60,193 nt of DNA, from positions 1 through 60,193 of IMG/VR virus record IMGVR_UViG_3300033148_003082. One strand, given 5' to 3'. Numbering within the stretch: the stretch's first letter is position 1; each line of letters begins with the position of its first letter. The DNA comes from a virus (taxonomy: Duplodnaviria > Caudoviricetes). Shown in pieces: positions 49,364 to 58,187 of the stretch. The notes beneath the pieces were generated by a model that did no database searches, had not been told where the DNA came from, and worked only from the letters and a program-made list of their open reading frames with translations. The position numbers and the translations under genes are program-made.

Positions 49364-51042
49364 TGAAAGTTATGACTGATTTAGTGAACGCTAACGCTTT
49401 ACACATTCCGCTCAAAGACAAGTCGGTTCAAATGTGTGTAACCAGCCCTCCTTATTGGGGGCTTCGTGATTATGGAATTGACAATCAAATTGGACTTGAG
49501 CAAACGCCGGAAGAATATGTCGAGAACATGGTTGCCGTCTTTCGTGAAGTGTGGCGGGTTCTTAGGGATGATGGCACTCTGTGGTTGAACTTAGGGGATA
49601 GTTATGGCGGTGGACACGGTGGTAACAAAACCAATTCCGTAAAACAAAGAAGCAATCAGGGAACGCAAACAGCCCCTCGTCACGGGAATATGCCAAAGCA
49701 ACTAATGGGCATACCCTGGAGAGTAGCGTTTGCATTACAGGCTGACGGCTGGTGTTTAAGAAATGAAATAATATGGCAAAAAGCGAACCCTATGCCGGAA
49801 AGCGTGAAGGATAGATGCACGAAAGCACATGAGCAAATTTTTATACTTTGCAAGTCATCTTGGGTTGGAGATATGCCTCCCAGGAGATACAAGAAAAGCA
49901 ATGCGGAATGGCTTGCCCTTTTGATTGAAACCGAGGGCAACGTAGCAATCAGAAGGTATATGCACAACAGAACAACTCCCCAACATGCTCCACAAGTTGC
50001 AGTAGCCAATTCTGACATCACTATTTTGGAATATGCAAGAAACATTACAGGAATGGGGCATATTCTGGAACGAGAAGGGACAAACAAGCCAGTATATTAT
50101 CTTCAATGGACAACAAAAGAGGCGGCCTTGGTTCTTTGGGAGTGCTTGCCGTATATGTTTGGAAAGAGGAAGCAGGCGGAATGTGCTATATGGCTTTCTC
50201 TAAGAAGAAGTAACAAAAACAAAGGCAAGAGAAGCGACATTTTTTACAAGAAAGGCAGACATTATTACTTAACAGACAAAGAAATAAAACTACGAGATGG
50301 AATTTGGCAAGCGGTAAAAGACTTAAACCAGAGCCGCCCAGCTGATCTTAGTTGGCTTACACCAATAAAAGAAGGGCGATGGAAGCCAAATAAATATTAT
50401 TATGACATGGATGCAATAAGAGAACCACATGCTCTAGCTTCATTGCCGAGGGCTTTGCGTGGATTGAGCGAAGATAACAAATGGAATAAAGTGGCACCCG
50501 GGTCCACAGCGCATACAATGAGCAAACCCAGAAAGAACAGAAGAAAAGAATGGGAACAAGAACACGGCGGGGGAGGTTCAGGATTTGATGGACATAGTGG
50601 TTATCGTGATGAAAATGGAAGATTGTTAATTAATCCAGCGGGCAGAAACAAACGCACCGTCTGGACAATCACAACAAAATCGTACAAGGGGGCACACTTC
50701 GCCACGTTTCCGCCCGAACTTCCTGAAATTTGCATCAAGGCCGGAAGCGCAGAAGGGGATATTATATTAGATCCATTCGTAGGATCAGGAACAACTTGCG
50801 TGGTAGCTAGAGATTTAGGCCGTCATTCAGTTGGATTAGATTTAAGTTTTGATTATCTTATGAACAATGCCAAGAAACGGCTAGGGTTGACACAAATGGA
50901 AGAATGGATAAACGGGGGCAAAGAAGTAGAAACAAAGATGGACGGCTTACCAATGTTTGGTGACTTGCCGTCCACAAAACATCATAAGAATATGCAAAGA
51001 AAAGATCCACATAGTTTTCACAAGGCGAGGCTAACGAAATGA
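49351..51042 (+). CDS. N4/N6 DNA methyltransferase (beta class) with in-frame LAGLIDADG insertion
   Basis: VTSPPYW, HFATFP and ILDPFVGSGTT motifs; insert WLALLIETEG...LPYMFGKRKQA. Confidence 0.9.
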   Translation: MVGLMKVMTDLVNANALHIPLKDKSVQMCVTSPPYWGLRDYGIDNQIGLEQTPEEYVENMVAVFREVWRVLRDDGTLWLNLGDSYGGGHGGNKTNSVKQRSNQGTQTAPRHGNMPKQLMGIPWRVAFALQADGWCLRNEIIWQKANPMPESVKDRCTKAHEQIFILCKSSWVGDMPPRRYKKSNAEWLALLIETEGNVAIRRYMHNRTTPQHAPQVAVANSDITILEYARNITGMGHILEREGTNKPVYYLQWTTKEAALVLWECLPYMFGKRKQAECAIWLSLRRSNKNKGKRSDIFYKKGRHYYLTDKEIKLRDGIWQAVKDLNQSRPADLSWLTPIKEGRWKPNKYYYDMDAIREPHALASLPRALRGLSEDNKWNKVAPGSTAHTMSKPRKNRRKEWEQEHGGGGSGFDGHSGYRDENGRLLINPAGRNKRTVWTITTKSYKGAHFATFPPELPEICIKAGSAEGDIILDPFVGSGTTCVVARDLGRHSVGLDLSFDYLMNNAKKRLGLTQMEEWINGGKEVETKMDGLPMFGDLPSTKHHKNMQRKDPHSFHKARLTK

Positions 51043-51106
51043 AAATTATGGAGATTGAATGAGTTTTGAAAAAGCGAATAGCGTCAGTAACTTATAAGGA
51101 GAAGCC

Positions 51107-51379
51107 ATGGAGATTAAATATATTCATTTTAGAGTACCTAGTTTTGTTGGAGTAAATTTACCCAAGAATGGAAAGGTGAAACATGCAGACACTTTTCGCT
51201 ACAGCCGGAGCAGCCCACATTATTTTAAACCTTACGAAAGAGGGGGCGCAACGGTTTGTGGCATATACAGGGACGATGGAGTTCTTTTAGGAAAAGGATT
51301 AGCGATCTGTTCAATGTCTGATAACTTTTGCTACAAAACCGGAAGGGATCTTGCATTTAGTCGGGCTGTAGGATGCTGA
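51107..51379 (+). CDS. Hypothetical phage protein
   Basis: GGATVC...GLAICSMSDNFCYKTGRDLAFSRA motif; GGAG RBS. Confidence 0.6.
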   Translation: MEIKYIHFRVPSFVGVNLPKNGKVKHADTFRYSRSSPHYFKPYERGGATVCGIYRDDGVLLGKGLAICSMSDNFCYKTGRDLAFSRAVGC

Positions 51380-52563
51380 GAATGAAGCAAATTAGATTTA
51401 TAGAATTATTTGCTGGCGTGGGAGGATTTAGATATGGGTTGGAAAATGTTACAGCTTCCAAGGGGAAACAATCACTAGCAATCAGCATGGGAACACAACA
51501 ATTTACTTGTGTTTACGCAAATGAGTGGGATAAGTACGCAGCGCAAATCTACAGGAGACACTATGGAGAAATCGACACCAGAGATATTAGAGATGTTTCC
51601 GAGTTCCCGGATTTCGATTTACTCACGGCTGGATTCCCTTGTCAAGCGTTTAGCGTTGCGGGAAAGCGACTTGGATTCGAGGACACACGAGGGACACTCT
51701 TTTTTGAAATCGCTAGGATTCTCAAGTCGAAAAGACCCAGACATCTTTTGCTTGAAAACGTTAAAGGTTTGCTTAGTCACGAACAGGGAAAAACTTTCAA
51801 TACAATACTTGGGATTCTCACCGACCTGGGGTATAGAGTTGAATGGATGGTACTTAACAGCAAGCACTTCGGAGTTCCCCAGAACAGGGAACGGGTGTTC
51901 ATTATCGGACATTCTCGAAACGAATGTACCGGACAAGTATTTCCTGTCATCGGAAATGGCGGAGAAAATTCTATCGGAGTGCTCAGAGCTACTTATTACA
52001 AAGGATGGCAAACAAGGGGGCCAATGTTAAAGGAAATCACGCCACCAGGAACAATGCAGGGGTACAGAGTGTATGGCACGGAAGGAATAAGCCAAACATT
52101 AGCAAGTGAAGCAGGGGGCATGGGTGCAAAGACAGGGCTGTATGCTATTAAAAAGAACGACGGCAAAATTATACAAACAAAAGATGAAGCATTGAACTTA
52201 GATAAAAATTACCACAAAGGACTTGATAATCATGGGCAAAGGACTGGTGTATTGTGTGCTATGAGGGGACGAGAGCATGGGCAACAATTAGAACCCAGGG
52301 GTGACGAAACAAACAGTCTAACGTCAGTTGCCAAAGATAACCTTTGGATTGAAAATGCACGAATCCGCAGACTAACTCCTACAGAGTGTGCTAGATTGCA
52401 AGGATTTCTGGACAAATGGGCAGAGTTTGGAATGTTGGAAGACGGAACGATTGTAAAGATATCAGACTCGCAGCAATATAAATGTTATGGTAATGCAATT
52501 ACGACGAACGTTGTTCAAGCCATTGGCGAAGGATTACTAAAACACATAGAGGAACAAAGATGA
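51373..52563 (+). CDS. dcm: C5 cytosine DNA methyltransferase
   Basis: ELFAGVGG, AGFPCQ, ENVKG, QNRERVFI, RRLTPTECARLQGF and YGNA motifs. Confidence 0.95.
   Translation: MLRMKQIRFIELFAGVGGFRYGLENVTASKGKQSLAISMGTQQFTCVYANEWDKYAAQIYRRHYGEIDTRDIRDVSEFPDFDLLTAGFPCQAFSVAGKRLGFEDTRGTLFFEIARILKSKRPRHLLLENVKGLLSHEQGKTFNTILGILTDLGYRVEWMVLNSKHFGVPQNRERVFIIGHSRNECTGQVFPVIGNGGENSIGVLRATYYKGWQTRGPMLKEITPPGTMQGYRVYGTEGISQTLASEAGGMGAKTGLYAIKKNDGKIIQTKDEALNLDKNYHKGLDNHGQRTGVLCAMRGREHGQQLEPRGDETNSLTSVAKDNLWIENARIRRLTPTECARLQGFLDKWAEFGMLEDGTIVKISDSQQYKCYGNAITTNVVQAIGEGLLKHIEEQR
51509..52030 (+). CDS. Overlapping alternative-frame ORF inside the C5 MTase (EcoHK31I beta-like)
   Basis: 173-aa +1 frame ending ...CSLSDILETNVPDKYFLS. 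Confidence 0.55.
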   Translation: MFTQMSGISTQRKSTGDTMEKSTPEILEMFPSSRISIYSRLDSLVKRLALRESDLDSRTHEGHSFLKSLGFSSRKDPDIFCLKTLKVCLVTNREKLSIQYLGFSPTWGIELNGWYLTASTSEFPRTGNGCSLSDILETNVPDKYFLSSEMAEKILSECSELLITKDGKQGGQC

Positions 52564-52898
52564 CTAACGTTGAGACTCAATGGATAGGTGAACTGAATAT
52601 CTCGTATTCAGATTTCATAAAGATGGATATAGAAGAATTCACCAAGTTGTTTCCGCTATCGTATTCAGGCGTGGCAATCGCGTCGCCGCTTGTTATAAGA
52701 AGATCACGCTGTTTCAACTTAGCTAGTGGCCAAGATATAGACAATCTAATTATAGAAGGATTGCATGAAGTAACATCTGTAGTAATGCGATATTTGAAAT
52801 CTAACAACTTGCCGTTGCATGTATTGTTGAGTTTTGAAAAGAAATCACAACTTTGGAATTGGTATATAGAATGTACGGCGTACAAGGAGCACAAATGA
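52560..52898 (+). CDS. Hypothetical protein
   Basis: ATGA coupling with RBS. Confidence 0.5.
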   Translation: MTNVETQWIGELNISYSDFIKMDIEEFTKLFPLSYSGVAIASPLVIRRSRCFNLASGQDIDNLIIEGLHEVTSVVMRYLKSNNLPLHVLLSFEKKSQLWNWYIECTAYKEHK

Positions 52899-53217
52899 AA
52901 ATTAGAGATACTGACTTTTACATTGCTTTTGACCATTTTGCACTAGGTTTTTATTGGAACATTGAATATTATAAAGATCATGGTGAACTGCATTTTGCTT
53001 TGTTATGCTTTCATTATTATATTTGGTGGAGGAAAGATGAAACAACGCAAAGGGTTTAGTGATTTTCTTTTTCTGGTGATGGTATCTGGAGTTGTTATAT
53101 GGCTGTTGCATCAAATGATGGAAGCGCAAGGATGCACATGGTTTGATGCAAGGACGGCTAGGATCACCTGGGCTTGTATAATGGGAATCTTGTTTATTTT
53201 GAGATAAAGGAGAATGG

Positions 53218-53418
53218 ATGAATAATTTTTTACCAGATAACGCGACTTGTGTATATTGTGGGGAAAGGTTCAGGCAAGCGCCGCACATATTAAATAGGTA
53301 TAAAAGAGAAGGTAAACCGATTCATTGCAGCAGAAGTTGTGGACTAAAAGCGCATTACAAAAAGAAGAGATTGAAAGAGCGGACTGCAATCTTATTAAAG
53401 GAGCGTGAGACATGCTAA
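53218..53418 (+). CDS. Small Zn-finger protein
   Basis: CVYCG...HCSRSC; GGAG RBS. Confidence 0.5.
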   Translation: MNNFLPDNATCVYCGERFRQAPHILNRYKREGKPIHCSRSCGLKAHYKKKRLKERTAILLKERETC

Positions 53419-53811
53419 CAATACAAGAGGCTACACTTATCATCTGTATTAGTTCATTTTTGTTCTTCTGGTTTGGTTTCTTTGTAGCTGCTTTGCTTGC
53501 GGCGGCTGGAAGGGGAGATAGCCAATAAGCAACACATTGCTTATTGGGACCAAAAAAGGTAACTAACAAGCAATATATTTCTTTTTAAAAGCTGTTGCTA
53601 AGTGTTGTCATCATTATCAAGGGAGAGTGAGAGATGAAATTGTATCTAATAAGAATAAAGAAAATCTATACAGATTATAGTTTCTACGTTGTAGCGGAAA
53701 CGTACGCGGATGCGGAAATTATTGCAAAGAATAGACCATCAGATTGGGCGTCTGGGAAAGTAACGTCTATTGAATTGATTGATCGGTCAGTATTGATAAA
53801 AAGGAAGGACA

Positions 53812-54186
53812 ATGAGCGCAAAAACTGATGAAGAGATATTAGAAATTATTAGAAAACAAGAAGAGCAAGGGCGCATTACGTTTAAGACTTTTAAAGGTTG
53901 TGTGTCGGCGCCGTTGGTTGATTTTGTGAAACAACCAAGCGATGGCATGTTATACGATTTGAATAGGGACAAACTTACCACGTTGACTATCATGTCTGAA
54001 CTCCGCTGGATAAATGATTATGCCGTTGCTGTAGTAATTAATTACCTTAAATCACTCGAATACGAAGAGGGAATCACTAGGCGAATACTGCAATCTTTAT
54101 ACAGCAGTTGGGAATCTGAATTTGAAATCGACTTGAATTTTGGCGAATGGCTTATTTATGGTTGGGAATTAGAGAAAAAGGAATAA
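53812..54186 (+). CDS. Hypothetical protein
   Basis: RBS; operon context. Confidence 0.5.
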   Translation: MSAKTDEEILEIIRKQEEQGRITFKTFKGCVSAPLVDFVKQPSDGMLYDLNRDKLTTLTIMSELRWINDYAVAVVINYLKSLEYEEGITRRILQSLYSSWESEFEIDLNFGEWLIYGWELEKKE

Positions 54187-54188
54187 TT

Positions 54189-54731
54189 ATGACTTGCATT
54201 GTGGGAATAGCAAAAGACGGGAAGGTTTATATGGGGGGTGATTCGTTTGTGTCTTACGATTCGAGACACCAGGTGTCTTCAAAGAAAAAAGTATTTAAAA
54301 CAGGACAGTTTTTGATTGGCTATACAGGCAGCACAAGAATGGGGGATTTGTTAAGATTTGAATTAGACGTGGATCGCTTTGATATCAGTGTAGAGAGCAG
54401 GCTGGAATACATGGTAAAAGTATTTATTCCAGCAATAAGAAAGTTATTTCAGGATGGAGGATATAGCAAGATTGTAAATAACGAAGAAGTGGGTGGACAG
54501 TTCTTGGTAGGATTTAAAGGGGAATTGTTTGAGATTGATACAGATTTTCAAGTTGAAAGATATCTTAAAGATTATTCAGCAGTGGGAAGTGGATCACCTT
54601 ATGCCTTTGGAGTGTTGTTTACTTTAGCTAGAAATGAATATGATCCCGTAGAAGTGATATATCAGGCTCTAGAAGCGGCAGGAGAATTTGACAATTTTGT
54701 CGGGGCGCCTTATTATGTATTGCAAGAATGA
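54189..54731 (+). CDS. Ntn-hydrolase / proteasome beta-like protease
   Basis: M-T-CIVG N-terminal Thr nucleophile, GGDS, KVF, IGYTGS and AVGSGS.YA.G motifs. Confidence 0.8.
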   Translation: MTCIVGIAKDGKVYMGGDSFVSYDSRHQVSSKKKVFKTGQFLIGYTGSTRMGDLLRFELDVDRFDISVESRLEYMVKVFIPAIRKLFQDGGYSKIVNNEEVGGQFLVGFKGELFEIDTDFQVERYLKDYSAVGSGSPYAFGVLFTLARNEYDPVEVIYQALEAAGEFDNFVGAPYYVLQE

Positions 54732-54749
54732 ATTTACTCAATTACGAAT

Positions 54750-54823
54750 GTGGCCGTAGCATAATCGGTAGTGCGCCGCGCTGTGATCGCGGACAAGTGA
54801 AGGTTCGATCCCTTCCGGTCACT
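54750..54823 (+). tRNA. tRNA-His(GTG)
   Basis: GTGGCCG/CGGTCAC acceptor; CCGCG-CTGTGAT-CGCGG anticodon arm; GAAGG-TTCGATC-CCTTC T-arm. Confidence 0.88.
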
Positions 54824-55122
54824 TTACCGCCAGTGTAGTTACGGGGGAATTAACCCCCCATACCGTCGCAGAACGTAAAATCGTCACCAAAGCGCTAAAA
54901 GTGTCGAGTTGCAACACTTTACAAGCACAGAATGTAACGATATATGTTACAAACGGTGATTGGGATAAGATTATATACGATAGCGTTAGACGCAATAGAA
55001 CGCAATACGAAACGCAATAATTTTGATTGTACTAAACAGGATGGGGAAATCAGGTTTACTAGGGAGGATAGGCAAGATATTACCATGAAATCTCGGAGCG
55101 AGACTCCCATTTTTCATGGTAT

Positions 55123-55284
55123 TTACTTCATTATAAAATCAATTTTTTTGTAGATCCTAGGACATTTAGCGTCTTTCCCCGTCTTTTCACAAAAACTTTT
55201 AAGAACTTTGGGCTGCTTTCCCAAAGGAAACTCTCTTTCCAGCGTTTTCTCGCAATGGGGACATTTGTAAACATAAATAGCCAT
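55123..55284 (-). CDS. FmdB-like zinc-ribbon protein (53 aa, below the ORF-track cutoff)
   Basis: MAIYVYKCPHCEK...C...CPRIY. Confidence 0.55.
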   Translation of the reverse strand: MAIYVYKCPHCEKTLEREFPLGKQPKVLKSFCEKTGKDAKCPRIYKKIDFIMK

Positions 55285-55359
55285 TATTATCAACTTTCCC
55301 TTGAGTTATTATTAACTTAAACAGGTATTATTATCAACTTTCTAAAAAGGCAACTATTT

Positions 55360-56637
55360 CTATTTTGGAAACTCTCTTACCATCAAATCTTCTGGAATTG
55401 CTTCTCGCTTTGACTTTGTGTTTCCTGACATTTGTTTCATAAAGAACGGCACTCCACATGTCCGACATTGATCTCTGATTGATCTTGCCCAATCCGGATG
55501 CATGTGTCTGTTGCCTGCTCCACTTTCGCCACCCGATATACACCACGAAATTCCTACCATCGATCCCCCCGTGCTATCTTGGATACTGCTTGAAACGTGA
55601 TTCCGTAATCCGGTGCTATTGTTCTTAATAACTCCTTTTTCTTGTTGCGCCTTCGGCGTATTTCCATTACCTCTTGCTCGGTCAATTTTGCCATAGAGTT
55701 CTTTACCCCCCTCTGGTTCGCACAATGACCTACTTTGAGAATTCTCGCCGCATGTTGTGCGTTCTGTGCTGGAGTTACTATCTCTAAATTTATTAATCGA
55801 TTGTCTGCCTTTTTTCCGTTTTTGTGATTCATCACCAATCCGTCCGGGATCTTTCCCTGAAAATGCAACCATACTAGACGGTGAGCTAAAGCATTGTGGC
55901 GTTTCCCCTCTATCATTGCTCTGACTTGTAGGTAACCACTTGGAAGACAATGTTCTGCCCGAACCTTCTTGCATTTGTTTGTTCGGACGCATTGATTCCA
56001 ACGATCCCATCCTCTTTTCCCTGTTCTCCATACGCGACCCTGGTCGTCTACTTCCATCTCGCCTCGAAGAACCGCTATGTAAACTTTCTCTTCTGCCTTT
56101 TTTATATTTGTCATTGATTGGATTATAGCACAAATACTGACGAATATCAATCCGCTCCAACAATGGCTCGCAGCTTGCAAAATAGATAGTTGCTGGAATT
56201 TCCAACAATAGCGGAATTCTCAAGTCAGCCATTTCCTGATTCTCTGCTGTCACGCCTAACCAAACATTAGAATATTCTTCTCCCCAATCTTCCGGCAAGC
56301 ATTGTTTTATTCTCTCAGGGCGTTTGGTCAAAATCTGGAATATCAGATGTGGGCATTTTTTAATTATTTCCCAAGCTTCGCCCCTCCATTCATCAGCTTC
56401 CTCAATAAAGAAATCGCTCCAAGAACAAACAAAAACTTTTGCCGGTTCTTTCCAATGCAATGGCTTATTGAATGTGGGAGGTTTTGATCGAACAACAACA
56501 GACGGATCTTGCCCGTATCTCTTTTTATCCCGGTACATATAACAATTTTGGCACCCGGCAGAAACCTTTTTGCACCCTTGCCATGGATTCCAAGTTGATG
56601 TGGTCCAGCTTATATTCGTGTGTTTTCCCATTTGCAT
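55360..56637 (-). CDS. DUF5131 (phage Gp37/Gp68) family protein with large internal insertion
   Basis: TWNPWQGCKKVSAGCQNCY, SWSDFF, LTKRPE, WLGVTAENQ, SCEPLL...GGESG, PFFMKQ. Confidence 0.88.
   Translation of the reverse strand: MQMGKHTNISWTTSTWNPWQGCKKVSAGCQNCYMYRDKKRYGQDPSVVVRSKPPTFNKPLHWKEPAKVFVCSWSDFFIEEADEWRGEAWEIIKKCPHLIFQILTKRPERIKQCLPEDWGEEYSNVWLGVTAENQEMADLRIPLLLEIPATIYFASCEPLLERIDIRQYLCYNPINDKYKKGRRESLHSGSSRRDGSRRPGSRMENREKRMGSLESMRPNKQMQEGSGRTLSSKWLPTSQSNDRGETPQCFSSPSSMVAFSGKDPGRIGDESQKRKKGRQSINKFRDSNSSTERTTCGENSQSRSLCEPEGGKELYGKIDRARGNGNTPKAQQEKGVIKNNSTGLRNHVSSSIQDSTGGSMVGISWCISGGESGAGNRHMHPDWARSIRDQCRTCGVPFFMKQMSGNTKSKREAIPEDLMVREFPK
55554..56114 (-). CDS. HNH homing endonuclease nested out of frame in DUF5131
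   Basis: GYLQV, AHRLVW, MNHKNGKKADNRLINLE.VT..QN..HA, plus a C-terminal HTH. Confidence 0.85.
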   Translation of the reverse strand: MTNIKKAEEKVYIAVLRGEMEVDDQGRVWRTGKRGWDRWNQCVRTNKCKKVRAEHCLPSGYLQVRAMIEGKRHNALAHRLVWLHFQGKIPDGLVMNHKNGKKADNRLINLEIVTPAQNAQHAARILKVGHCANQRGVKNSMAKLTEQEVMEIRRRRNKKKELLRTIAPDYGITFQAVSKIARGDRW

Positions 56638-56731
56638 ATCTTCCTAAATCATAAATTTAAAAAACGTCCCAGGCTCGGAGGGACCCAGGGCGTATCGGAT
56701 AAATTATACACCATCTCCTCCGTTTATGGGA

Positions 56732-57364
56732 TCAAGAACTTTTTCTGTCATCAAGTTTATGTTTTCTTTCTTGTACTATTTCTCTTTTGAAAATCTCATA
56801 TTGATTCGCAAGGTCTATATCTCTTGAATGATCGCGATTTGGGACCAAATGGCTTTTGTCAAACTTCTCCATCAATCTTCTAACTTTGCCATGAGATTGC
56901 GCCTTTGCTACACTTAGAATATCAATGAGATGTTTTTCAATTATTTGATGATAATAATTGTCAAATCGGAAAGCATGAACTTCGAAAGGAGAAGCAAAAA
57001 ATTTTATATCGGGTTGATTGTTTTCTCCATAGCGGAATATTATGTCCATGTAGTTTTTGGTGTAATAGACATCACCTAGAAGAACAATAGTTTTATCGTT
57101 CCATAATTCTTTTGTAGAAAGAATTGTTTCGCATGTAAAACTTCTATTCTCTGGAACAAAAGTTTTTACACCAATATTTTGAACAGCTATAATAATTTCT
57201 TCATTATGGGTAGCGACGTATATATCAAAACAATTCCTTTCCTGGCATTGCCTAATCATGCGAGTGAGAAAATTCTCACCATCACAAATGGGAAGTAATT
57301 GCTTTATAGTGCCCTCAAATCTGCGACACTCCCCGGCGGCAAGAATAATAACTGTTTTATTCAT
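56732..57364 (-). CDS. Sugar/choline-phosphate-type nucleotidyltransferase
   Basis: IILAAGECRRF...KQLL, LLGDVY and DID motifs. Confidence 0.78.
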   Translation of the reverse strand: MNKTVIILAAGECRRFEGTIKQLLPICDGENFLTRMIRQCQERNCFDIYVATHNEEIIIAVQNIGVKTFVPENRSFTCETILSTKELWNDKTIVLLGDVYYTKNYMDIIFRYGENNQPDIKFFASPFEVHAFRFDNYYHQIIEKHLIDILSVAKAQSHGKVRRLMEKFDKSHLVPNRDHSRDIDLANQYEIFKREIVQERKHKLDDRKSS

Positions 57365-57448
57365 GATAATATAATCGCGATTATTATAATTATGATTATA
57401 CTAATCCATGGAATACATCCGCAGCAACAAAGACAACATCCTTCGTCG

Positions 57449-57631
57449 TTATTCATTTCCCTTTTCCAGTTCGTCGACTTTTTCATTTACTAGATCGTCA
57501 ACTACTTCAATCATAGATGGATTATCAATTTCCGGATACTCGCCCTTAATCATTGGAAGCAGCACATATTTTAATTTGTCGCGAGTTGATTCGTACATTC
57601 TAAAGGTTGCATATTTTTTATTCTCTGTCAT
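57449..57631 (-). CDS. Small RHH-like protein
   Basis: YATFRMYESTRDKL pattern; RBS. Confidence 0.45.
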   Translation of the reverse strand: MTENKKYATFRMYESTRDKLKYVLLPMIKGEYPEIDNPSMIEVVDDLVNEKVDELEKGNE

Positions 57632-57633
57632 AG

Positions 57634-57819
57634 TTACTCCTGTTGGGTTAGCCGGTCATCAATTTCTTTTATCATAGCTTGACAGTACTCTTCTCCACTG
57701 TCTACACTGAAACTAACACACACTCCCCCCAAGGGTTTCCACCCCATCTCAATGAACTCTTTAACCACCTGCTCTAACATTCTGGGGTTTTCCTCTGTTA
57801 TTATTTCGTATTTCATCAT
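57634..57819 (-). CDS. DUF1737-like protein
   Basis: LEQVVKEFIEMGWKPLGGV...YCQAMIK. Confidence 0.7.
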   Translation of the reverse strand: MMKYEIITEENPRMLEQVVKEFIEMGWKPLGGVCVSFSVDSGEEYCQAMIKEIDDRLTQQE

Positions 57820-57926
57820 TCCTCCTTGTCTAGCCAAACCGATCTGCTAAAAACATAATCAGTGCGGCTATCACAAACAATATGATTAGCCCCGCAATAT
57901 ATTCATCACTCATCATTCACTATCCT

Positions 57927-58187
57927 TTAGTATACCCCTTCTATTCCCTCGTCAATCTCAAATCTTTTTTCTAAACCACACCTTGAGCAACGTCCGTGAT
58001 AATTGATTTGAAACCTACCCTTCCGTATCCCTATTTCATAGTCTTCTCTGAAAGTAGGCACTAACGGAGTCAATTTAATCAATGCTAAATATTCTTGTTC
58101 TGACATGTTGCCATAGGCTTTATTTCTTTCCTCGTCTCTCGTCTTTTTGCATCGGGGGCAACTAGTCCAGTTATCTGCGCTCATCAT
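57927..58187 (-). CDS. Zn-binding phage protein
   Basis: MSADNW..CPRC...TFREDYEI...CSRC. Confidence 0.6.
   Translation of the reverse strand: MMSADNWTSCPRCKKTRDEERNKAYGNMSEQEYLALIKLTPLVPTFREDYEIGIRKGRFQINYHGRCSRCGLEKRFEIDEGIEGVY

Noticed and set aside
49849-50391. Canonical intein in the methyltransferase
   Set aside because: No HINT blocks or terminal HN-C/S/T.
55283-55343. 16-bp direct repeat ATTATTATCAACTTTC (two copies)
   Set aside because: Only two AT-rich copies; probably a local duplication with no supportable function.
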